DNA of 42,501 nt from a virus. Lineage: Duplodnaviria; Caudoviricetes. The notes below the pieces were generated by a model. It saw only the letters and a program-made list of their open reading frames with translations. It did not search any database and was not told the DNA's origin. The stretch is from the IMG/VR virus record IMGVR_UViG_3300036798_000555, positions 1-42,501 of that record, one strand, 5' to 3'. The number at the start of each line of letters is the position of its first letter. Positions within the stretch are counted from its first letter, which is position 1. The translations under genes and the position numbers were made by a program. Positions 36,034 to 42,501 of this stretch are shown piece after piece.

Positions 36034-36207
36034 TCAGTGTTCGGTCAGCACCACCACGAAGAGCGTAACGGCGTACGACGCTTGCAGGACGACAACGGCC
36101 ACCACCGAATAGATCATGGCCCACCAGGCGCTGCCGTGATTGCTGGCGAGTCCAAATCCGATCACAGCGCTAAACAGCACGAGTATCCAGAACAGTTGAC
36201 TGATCAT
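36034..36207 (-). CDS. two-TM membrane protein (57 aa, MISQLFWILVLFSAVIGFGLASNHGSAWWAMIYSVVAVVVLQASYAVTLFVVVLTEH)
   Basis: GAGGTG RBS, TGATG coupling; resembles 566-790. Confidence 0.65.
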   Translation of the reverse strand: MISQLFWILVLFSAVIGFGLASNHGSAWWAMIYSVVAVVVLQASYAVTLFVVVLTEH

Positions 36208-36262
36208 GGAGCACCTCGGTCCCGCGGATGCCCCTCAGCACCCTCATCATAGCACTCATCGG

Positions 36263-36616
36263 TTACGCTGCCGGCCTGATTTGTTTGAGCGTTGAGGACA
36301 GCAGCGCGCGGCCCTTGTCGGACAGGTAGTATTCGACCGTGCGCATATCGGCGCGCTTGCGGCGCGACTCGACCAGGCCGTAGCCGTCCTTCAGGTACCG
36401 ATTGCGCGGACTGATATCGAGCAGGTTGCGGCTCATCGTGTTCGGCGACACGCCAAGTTGCTCGGCGTAGTACGCCACCGATTTGCCCTCCTCGAAACCG
36501 ATCTGCAAAAACGCCTGCACGCAGCGCAGCGGCAACCGGCTGTTAAGCTCGGCGAACGGCTCCAAGGCCTGGATCAAGCTATGGACGATTGCCGCATCGA
36601 TTTTTCTTCTGCTCAT
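36263..36616 (-). CDS. MarR-family winged-HTH regulator
   Basis: EG.SV..YAE.LGVS..TMSRNL..I......G.GLVE......D.R...Y.LS.KGR. Confidence 0.85.
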   Translation of the reverse strand: MSRRKIDAAIVHSLIQALEPFAELNSRLPLRCVQAFLQIGFEEGKSVAYYAEQLGVSPNTMSRNLLDISPRNRYLKDGYGLVESRRKRADMRTVEYYLSDKGRALLSSTLKQIRPAA

Positions 36617-36619
36617 TGG

Positions 36620-36808
36620 CTACTCCTTTTTCGGTGCAAAGCGTCGCTCGCTGGCATCGCGGCGCCGGGACAAAAGCTCTTGCAGCGCGTCGGCGAGGTC
36701 AGGGGCCCAGTCTTCGTTGGTGCCTTCAGGCGCCGCATCGACGCCGTTCTTGTCCTTGGCTTCGGTAAGCCACGCGATCAGATACTCAAGCCGCTCGTTG
36801 GTGATCAT
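36620..36808 (-). CDS. hypothetical protein
   Basis: AAGGAG RBS before ATG 36808. Confidence 0.55.
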   Translation of the reverse strand: MITNERLEYLIAWLTEAKDKNGVDAAPEGTNEDWAPDLADALQELLSRRRDASERRFAPKKE

Positions 36809-36995
36809 TGTCGAGGTACTCCTTGATTTGCTTTCCAACGTGAGCCCAGAACCGCGGGTCTTGCGCTGCGATGAATCGATCCATCGTGGCTCTTGATCCA
36901 CGGAGGTAACCCCACGTGAAACAGACGAAGCCGAACAGGGCCAGCAAACCACCAGCGGCCCACATCCCTACGGTTATGATTTCGTGGTCAGTCAT
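36786..36995 (-). CDS. small single-TM protein
   Basis: AGGAG RBS, ATGA coupling. Confidence 0.55.
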   Translation of the reverse strand: MTDHEIITVGMWAAGGLLALFGFVCFTWGYLRGSRATMDRFIAAQDPRFWAHVGKQIKEYLDNDHQRAA

Positions 36996-37477
36996 GTTGC
37001 GCTCTCCTGTAGATGCCGGGCGTAGATCTGCCGGCAGCGTTCTGGCGAAACCCGAAATTCGGTCGCGAGCTTGCGCCACGACCAGCCGGCGGCGCGGCGG
37101 CGAATGAGCTTGCCGTTGCGGTGCCGGTTTGCCTTGCGACGCGCCTCGTTACTAAGGCCGGGAGCCGGCGGCGGCCCCTGGTCGCGGACGTCGTACATCC
37201 TGGCGAGTTCGATCAGCCGCCGCGTCCGCCACAGTTCGAGGCCGAGACTGCGGGCGATATCGACCCAGTTCTCGCCCGCGTCCCAGCGCTGCAGCACTTC
37301 CGTTCGCACCGCATCTTGCTTGCCGATGATGTCCTGGCGCCGCTGTTCATCGGCGGCGCGATCGGTGGCGATGAGCTCCCGCGCGCTTTTGCGGGTGTGG
37401 CGCATGCCGATGAGGCGCTTGCCTTTGATGACGACCCAGAATCCATCATCCGATCGCGCGATGCGGTATTTGCTCAT
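36992..37477 (-). CDS. protein with two HTH motifs (sigma region 4-like)
   Basis: GENWVDIARSLGL....TRRL and GWSWRKLATEFRVSPERCRQI. Confidence 0.7.
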   Translation of the reverse strand: MSKYRIARSDDGFWVVIKGKRLIGMRHTRKSARELIATDRAADEQRRQDIIGKQDAVRTEVLQRWDAGENWVDIARSLGLELWRTRRLIELARMYDVRDQGPPPAPGLSNEARRKANRHRNGKLIRRRAAGWSWRKLATEFRVSPERCRQIYARHLQESAT

Positions 37478-37713
37478 CGCCCCTCCCAAACATCGGTAAC
37501 CGTCAATGCTTGGATGGCACTCTCGACCAGTTCGATGACCTGTCCCGGTTCGCGGCTGCTATTGATAGCGGCGCCGACGATACCTGCCGCAACGCAGGCC
37601 CAAGCCATCGATTGGTCTATTTCCGGCAAAGTTTGAATGCGGGCCCGCACATCGGCGCCACTGGCACGAATGACCTGTGCAACACTCTGCCGTCTCTGCT
37701 CGCGTTTACTCAT
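37474..37713 (-). CDS. hypothetical protein
   Basis: coupled in the early operon. Confidence 0.55.
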   Translation of the reverse strand: MSKREQRRQSVAQVIRASGADVRARIQTLPEIDQSMAWACVAAGIVGAAINSSREPGQVIELVESAIQALTVTDVWEGR

Positions 37714-37966
37714 CGAAGCCGCGCTTGGCGTCTCGTATGCGCTCGTGCCGCTCCTCGATCTCGGCGTACTCCTGATCGCTCAGCGGCTCTGGTGGATCGC
37801 CCTTCGGCTCAATGGCGTGCTGATCGGCGATGAAGTCCTCGATCGTGCGCTGGATATCGCGAGCCAGGCGCGCGATAGCGTCCTCGTTGTCCATATTCTC
37901 GTCTTCCAGGAACGAACGGGCGAGGGCGAAGACGTCCGGGTCACAATGCACATCTGCGATTTTCAT
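37706..37966 (-). CDS. acidic hypothetical protein
   Basis: GGAGG RBS, ATGA coupling; DP....LA..FL.D motif. Confidence 0.6.
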   Translation of the reverse strand: MKIADVHCDPDVFALARSFLEDENMDNEDAIARLARDIQRTIEDFIADQHAIEPKGDPPEPLSDQEYAEIEERHERIRDAKRGFDE

Positions 37967-38211
37967 GGCTTGCCTCCAGTCTTGGGGTTGAGCAACAGGT
38001 TCATGATCTTCTCGACCGCCTGTACCGTTGGGAGCTTTGAGTATTCGCGCGTGCTCCACTTGGCGAGGTCAGTGAGGCGCTTGCGCTTTTCCTCATCTGA
38101 GAGCTCGCCACGGGCTTCCAGCCGTTCGAGAAACAGCAACTCCGACTCGACGCGCGCATCGATCTCCTGCGCCGTGAGCGGCTGCTTGCTTCCTGGTCCG
38201 ACAACTCGCAT
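37963..38211 (-). CDS. hypothetical protein
   Basis: AAGGAGGAGG RBS. Confidence 0.6.
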   Translation of the reverse strand: MRVVGPGSKQPLTAQEIDARVESELLFLERLEARGELSDEEKRKRLTDLAKWSTREYSKLPTVQAVEKIMNLLLNPKTGGKP

Positions 38212-38224
38212 TCACGCCTCCTCC

Positions 38225-38557
38225 TTAGTCGCCGTATGAAGGATCGAGAGCGCCACCTGCGTCCGAAATCACCGGGACGCCCTCGTTGCCGCGGCTCTGG
38301 TTGATCAATTCCATGGCGAATTGCTCGACTAGAATTTCGTCACCGACGTGCCACTGCTGTACGATATCGCTGAAGGCTCCATAGCAAGTGTTGTTGTCCA
38401 GCATGATCGTATTGTCTTTGTCGATTTGTTTGATGGTTCGCTTTTGCCAAATGTACTCGCCATGGGGTTTGCAGTCGGCCATGTTGATGTCTGCAGCACT
38501 GGCCGGCGCGACCAAGGCGAGTGCGAGTGCAAACGCGATTGCCAATTTAGTCATCAT
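38225..38557 (-). CDS. secreted/periplasmic protein
   Basis: GGAGG RBS; signal peptide MTKLAIAFALALALVAPASA. Confidence 0.7.
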   Translation of the reverse strand: MMTKLAIAFALALALVAPASAADINMADCKPHGEYIWQKRTIKQIDKDNTIMLDNNTCYGAFSDIVQQWHVGDEILVEQFAMELINQSRGNEGVPVISDAGGALDPSYGD

Positions 38558-38741
38558 CGCCCTCCCGCGGCATCGTGTAGAACCACACCGGACCTTGCAG
38601 CGTCTCACGCAGTTTGTTGACGATCTCGATGGTTTTCGGATCGGTGATGAATCGTTGTTTCGGTATGGCGCGTCGGGATCGCTTTTTGATCTGGAGTTGC
38701 TTACCGATCAGTCCCGCCTGCGCCGACTGGGTTTTCCGCAT
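38547..38741 (-). CDS. small basic protein
   Basis: AGGAG RBS. Confidence 0.55.
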   Translation of the reverse strand: MRKTQSAQAGLIGKQLQIKKRSRRAIPKQRFITDPKTIEIVNKLRETLQGPVWFYTMPREGDDD

Positions 38742-38793
38742 GCTCTCTCTCCTGGTTAGTGGGCGAGGCTGGCGAGGCCTCGCCCGTTGTTTG

Positions 38794-38943
38794 TTAGTCC
38801 GACCAACAATCGGTGTCGCAGATTTGCATGTGCAGGTATGCGTTCCAGTGGCACGTTGTGATGCAATGCTGATCGGCCATCGCGACGGCCGATAGCGCGA
38901 GCAGAACCGCGAACAGCGCGGCAGCGATCAACAACAATTTCAT
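38794..38943 (-). CDS. secreted Cys-rich peptide (49 aa)
   Basis: GGAGG RBS, ATGA coupling; signal peptide ending AMA, mature DQHCITTCHWNAYLHMQICDTDCWSD. Confidence 0.75.
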   Translation of the reverse strand: MKLLLIAAALFAVLLALSAVAMADQHCITTCHWNAYLHMQICDTDCWSD

Positions 38944-39461
38944 TTCCTCCGCTCCTTGCCGCTGTCTTTCAGCAGCCGTCGCAACTGCGCCTCGCTCAGT
39001 TTTTGGCCGACGATCTCGGCCGGCTCGCCGAACTCGCTGACCTTCGTCAGCCACCCGCCCGCCGTGGCGCATTCGGCGAACGTCGACTGCTCTAGCGTTT
39101 TGCCGTTCGGCATGCGAAATTTCATCAGCACGCGCGCGGTTACTTTGTTGATGACGGAATTCTCCACGGCCTTTTCCATGCTGGCGCGTTGTGCCGGTGT
39201 CCGCGGTGTGTACGGACGCGCCTCCAGCGACGCTTTGACGTTGGCCATGATGTAAATCGAGATCGATTCCAGATAGCCGGGGTTCTTGCGCACCTCGCCC
39301 AAGAACAGCGCGGCCAAGGCCTCGATGTTGTCCTCCTCCACTAATTGCGGATTGTCTTTGCAAACCTGCAAAGCGAGATCGCGGAAATGCAGTTTGGCCC
39401 ACGACGAGCGTTTGGCGCCCTTGCGGCCTTTGTGCAGTTCACCGTCCTGAAGTGTCATCAT
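38940..39461 (-). CDS. conserved hypothetical phage protein
   Basis: AGGAG RBS; MPNGK.L...TF.EC...GGW......VG..LSE..L motif. Confidence 0.7.
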   Translation of the reverse strand: MMTLQDGELHKGRKGAKRSSWAKLHFRDLALQVCKDNPQLVEEDNIEALAALFLGEVRKNPGYLESISIYIMANVKASLEARPYTPRTPAQRASMEKAVENSVINKVTARVLMKFRMPNGKTLEQSTFAECATAGGWLTKVSEFGEPAEIVGQKLSEAQLRRLLKDSGKERRK

Positions 39462-39822
39462 CGTTCTCCTGGTCGCTGGTCTTGAAACCGAGTTGTTCGA
39501 GCCGGGCCAGCACGGCGCGCTCGAGATGATCGGGGTCTTGTTTGATCCGCTCGCGAATACGATCCATCTGTATCGAGCGGTCATAAGCGCAGTCGGGGCA
39601 GCGCTGACGGCCGTTGGTTGGTTCGATCTTCCGTCCGCAGTCACAGCAATACGCGTCGGGCGTCAGATTGCGCATGCATTCGCGTTCCTCGGATTTTTTT
39701 CGGGACTGTTCTCGAGAGCGGCGATAGTCATCCTTGGCCTTGCACTGTTTGCAGTGCGTGACGTTCCAACTCCTGGTCACGACAAATTCGCCGCACACAA
39801 GACAGCGAATGACCTGTCTCAT
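39439..39822 (-). CDS. double zinc-finger protein
   Basis: four CxxC pairs. Confidence 0.65.
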   Translation of the reverse strand: MRQVIRCLVCGEFVVTRSWNVTHCKQCKAKDDYRRSREQSRKKSEERECMRNLTPDAYCCDCGRKIEPTNGRQRCPDCAYDRSIQMDRIRERIKQDPDHLERAVLARLEQLGFKTSDQENDDDTSGR

Positions 39823-40091
39823 CCCTGCGGCGCCTCGTCATCTAACGTGCGGCGCACGGCGTCCATCAGGTCGATCACGTTGTCACGCCCGCGCGTTTCC
39901 GCCTCAGCAGCGAGGTCAGCGAGATGCAAGCGAAACCTCTGTTCGTCTTGCAAAGACTTCTCAATGCTGCAGATGGCAGCGAGGGCGCCGCGCACGTAGC
40001 GATCCTCGCCATAGTCGCCGGTAAGAAGCATTTCGTAGGCCTCGCGATAGTTGACGAGCGTGCGAAAGGCGTATTCCTGAAAGTCAAACAT
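39819..40091 (-). CDS. hypothetical protein
   Basis: C-terminal NVIDLMDAVRR.L motif; ATGA coupling. Confidence 0.6.
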   Translation of the reverse strand: MFDFQEYAFRTLVNYREAYEMLLTGDYGEDRYVRGALAAICSIEKSLQDEQRFRLHLADLAAEAETRGRDNVIDLMDAVRRTLDDEAPQG

Positions 40092-40093
40092 GT

Positions 40094-40996
40094 TCACCAC
40101 CCATATTTGTCAGCGCAGATCGGCCCAATGCCGCGTGCGATGGATTGATCGTCTGTGAGCGTGCGGCCGCACACTGTGCAGATGCCCCACGCCTTGCCGA
40201 ATGCGACCGCGGCTTGTGCGGGGTCTTGGCAGGCGTCGATTACTGCGGCGGTTTGCGCGTCGGTACATTCGAAACGGCGTTTGAATTGCCCAGCTTTGAT
40301 GGCGCCGAGCTTTTCGCCGCTCGCGGCTTTGACAAAAACAATGCCTTCCCACTGCGAACCGACCGAGCCCGGCGTGAACGTGAGATCCATGTCACGCGCG
40401 CGGAGCTTGAGCGGCTTAGTCCAGATGCCGATAGCGCCCGGGCGCGCCGCACGCTCGCGCGCGGTCGCAAACGCGGCCTCGATCTTGGTGGCGTCGATGG
40501 CGGAGGTGCGCTGTTCGTCCCGCGCCTTGGCGCGTTCGGCGTCGCGCGCCATAAGCTTTTGCACCGCGGTCAATTGGCCGTCAGTCAAAGTGCCGTATGC
40601 CTCGAGTCCTTCGAGAAGTTTGGCGGGGAAATCGAACGTGCCGCCGCGTTGGGCATTGCGCGCTGCGGCGCGCTGCAGCCATTCGATTTCCGCGGTGTGT
40701 TGTGCCCGCCATACCGCCTTATCGGACTCACGCTCTACGCGCTTCTCTGCGGCTCTCACGCGGCCCTTAGCGCGCGCCTCGGGGGAACTGCGGAATGTGC
40801 GCTTGCCGACTCCCTTGCATTTGAAACACGGCCGGTCGCGCAAGCCGCGCCAGAAGCCGGTACCGCGGCAAGCCGGGCAACCTTCGGAATAGTCCGGCCG
40901 TTCCAATGCTGGCACGAATGTGGTCGGCTTGCGGGGCGCTACCTTGCGCGCTTCGCCGCCGATCAGGTCGTCAAGCGAGTCTTCGAAGTCATCCAT
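40094..40996 (-). CDS. zinc-finger protein with DUF6011-like C-terminus
   Basis: C..C.GTG...CFKC.G.G; C..CGR.LTD..SI.RGIGP.CA. Confidence 0.75.
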   Translation of the reverse strand: MDDFEDSLDDLIGGEARKVAPRKPTTFVPALERPDYSEGCPACRGTGFWRGLRDRPCFKCKGVGKRTFRSSPEARAKGRVRAAEKRVERESDKAVWRAQHTAEIEWLQRAAARNAQRGGTFDFPAKLLEGLEAYGTLTDGQLTAVQKLMARDAERAKARDEQRTSAIDATKIEAAFATARERAARPGAIGIWTKPLKLRARDMDLTFTPGSVGSQWEGIVFVKAASGEKLGAIKAGQFKRRFECTDAQTAAVIDACQDPAQAAVAFGKAWGICTVCGRTLTDDQSIARGIGPICADKYGW

Positions 40997-41068
40997 GGCG
41001 AGTCTCCTTGGAAGTCTGCCCCGACCGTCGCCGCATCCACGGTAAAGAGCGGCCGGGGCATTGATGAC

Positions 41069-41097
41069 ATTATGGCGATATGTGCCGATACGGTCAA
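41069..41097 (-). promoter_or_regulatory. sigma70 promoter TTGACC-N17-CATAAT
   Basis: near-consensus boxes with a 17-bp spacer upstream of 40996. Confidence 0.75.
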
Positions 41098-41129
41098 GAC
41101 GGCCTCATCGGTGCCCGCATCACGGGCAG

Positions 41130-41151
41130 ACGGCGCCCCGCGGGGCGCCGT
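41130..41151. terminator. 22-bp perfect GC palindrome ACGGCGCCCCGCGGGGCGCCGT (terminator-like)
   Basis: read directly; lies between the stop at 41158 and the promoter at 41097. Confidence 0.5.
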
Positions 41152-41157
41152 TTCGGC

Positions 41158-41244
41158 CTAGTGCGTGTCTTCGTAGATTTGCCAGAGCATTGCCGCGGTG
41201 TTCAGGACCATGACCACGGTCAAAAGGATGATAAGCGGCATCAT
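41158..41244 (-). CDS. micro membrane protein (28 aa, MMPLIILLTVVMVLNTAAMLWQIYEDTH)
   Basis: AGGAGG RBS, ATGA coupling. Confidence 0.55.
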   Translation of the reverse strand: MMPLIILLTVVMVLNTAAMLWQIYEDTH

Positions 41245-41426
41245 CGCGGCGGCCTCCTGTTGTCCCATTGGTCGCTGAGGTGCTGGCGATATTCGACGCC
41301 GAATTCGCAACCCTCAAACCAAAGATCGATCACGTGGTCGCGGTCGACGTGTTGCGGCAACACGACTTGCACGGCATGCCATGCCAGCACCGCGCGTTGA
41401 TAGTCGGAGACAGAATGAAGCGACAT
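41241..41426 (-). CDS. hypothetical protein
   Basis: AGGAGG RBS before ATG 41426. Confidence 0.6.
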   Translation of the reverse strand: MSLHSVSDYQRAVLAWHAVQVVLPQHVDRDHVIDLWFEGCEFGVEYRQHLSDQWDNRRPPR

Positions 41427-41436
41427 GATTGCCCTC

Positions 41437-42177
41437 CTAGGCAAAGTGCGCCGCACCGGCGCCGTGAACGGGAATGGTGATTGACTTGGCGCGGACCGCG
41501 GCACCGCCGCAAAGCCCGCAATCGATGCAGTGAACGCCGCGTGACGATGGGCAATCAATTTCCTTGCCCGCTACCGGCGCCTCGCCCGGCCGCAGGACGC
41601 GGAACGTCCGCTGTCCCTGCTCCCATGCGGCGCGCGCGTCTGCCTCGCTGTCAGCCGACCGCATAAAGATATCGGCGCGAAAGTCTGCGGTCGGAACGTT
41701 CGCTTGATGTGAGTACGCGGTATGTCCTGCGGCTTCAGACAACAGCGAGTCCCAGATGTAGGACGGCACCGCGCTAGGGTCGCCATAGGTGCCGAGTCGG
41801 ATTTTCTGGCCGCGACCGATGGCGGCAATGGCCGCATGTCCGCTCGCGAGTGGATAGCGTCCGCGATGATAGGTATGCCAGACGTTGGTCGGTCCCTGGA
41901 ACAAGATCACGTAGCAGGAGCGGCCGACCGCTTGCTTGCGGGTCTTGTCGCGCGTTGGCGTTCCGCGGTGCGGACAGTTGCCGCAGATGGAATAGTCCTT
42001 GCCGGTCTTTGATGCGCGTAATGGCGAGACGTCTTCGCGCAGAATGTAGGTCTGCACCATGGCGCCGGTTTTGCCGTTTGCCTTGTCCGGTTTGGTCGCC
42101 ATCGCCAGGACGATGATTGGCGCGCCATCAATGAGCGACGCGCCGCGATAGATGCAGTGTCCGGTCGGCGCTTTCAT
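41437..42177 (-). CDS. Cys-rich phage protein resembling gp88-like/radical-SAM-like families
   Basis: N.KTG.M.QT.I, CG.CP, CYV, RLG.YGDP, YSH, M.SADS, CP.....C..C.LC motifs; TAATG coupling. Confidence 0.6.
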   Translation of the reverse strand: MKAPTGHCIYRGASLIDGAPIIVLAMATKPDKANGKTGAMVQTYILREDVSPLRASKTGKDYSICGNCPHRGTPTRDKTRKQAVGRSCYVILFQGPTNVWHTYHRGRYPLASGHAAIAAIGRGQKIRLGTYGDPSAVPSYIWDSLLSEAAGHTAYSHQANVPTADFRADIFMRSADSEADARAAWEQGQRTFRVLRPGEAPVAGKEIDCPSSRGVHCIDCGLCGGAAVRAKSITIPVHGAGAAHFA

Positions 42178-42323
42178 TAGCGCGCCCTCCGCATGCGAAT
42201 GGCGCGGTCGTGCGCCTCGATACCGAAATCGCGGAGAATGGTGGCGAGTAGCCAGATGGCGAGACGTTGGCGTCGCTCGTCGCACGCGGCGATGTAGTCG
42301 GCGATTAGTTCATTGAGTGTCAT
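42177..42323 (-). CDS. first early gene, hypothetical (48 aa)
   Basis: AAGGAG RBS before ATG 42323. Confidence 0.6.
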   Translation of the reverse strand: MTLNELIADYIAACDERRQRLAIWLLATILRDFGIEAHDRAIRMRRAR

Positions 42324-42501
42324 GGCGAGTCTCCTTGCGTTCCGATGTGGCGTTATGTGCCGATGCGGAACATAGTCGGAGACAAGCACAATCCAAGGAC
42401 TCGAGCTAGAGCTTTGCCGCATGCCTGCCATGCGTCGCCGTGTGTTGACTCGGGAAGCAAGCGCGAGACGAAGCCGGGGCCCCGCTATGCAGGGCTCGCA
42501 T

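Noticed and set aside
36908-36923. Second parS-like sequence (AACCCCACGTGAAACA)
   Set aside because: Only 11/16 match, one arm is broken, and it lies inside a coding region (CFTW codons)
41400-41412. 13-bp match ATAGTCGGAGACA also at 42372-42384
   Set aside because: One copy is inside a CDS; cannot be distinguished from chance or a duplication remnant
1-42501. Integrase/att sites, tRNA genes, terminal direct repeats, DNA polymerase
   Set aside because: Looked for by eye and none recognised; the window ends do not match each other

Overview
The window looks like a complete or near-complete, GC-rich ~42.5 kb tailed-phage genome with a podovirus-like virion (no tape measure or tail sheath/tube genes). 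The gene content suggests an alphaproteobacterial (Rhizobiales-like) host; this is an inference. A long minus-strand block runs from early small genes (~36-42.3 kb) through terminase large subunit, portal, scaffold, major capsid, adaptor, nozzle, VRR-NUC, a GNAT-like protein and Gly/Pro-rich ejection proteins, one with M15 peptidase and lysozyme domains (~16.7-35.7 kb). A mixed middle block carries ERF and YqaJ recombination genes, an HNH endonuclease, an amidase-DPBB endolysin and a VirE/VapE-type helicase followed by an origin-like repeat region. A detached tail-fibre and membrane-protein operon sits at ~0.6-7.5 kb. I found no integrase, DNA polymerase, ParA/ParB, tRNA or CRISPR array. The most notable observations, mostly missed by the ORF track, are: (1) six tightly packed, mostly translationally coupled arginine-rich protamine-like micro-ORFs filling 25231-25852 in the virion operon; (2) a perfect chromosomal-type parS palindrome (TGTTTCACGTGAAACA) at 136-151; (3) two related ExoX/SyrA-like small membrane proteins; (4) a secreted 4-Cys peptide; and (5) several unexplained non-coding repeat and hairpin elements. 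All product calls come from motif recognition by eye, not database searches.
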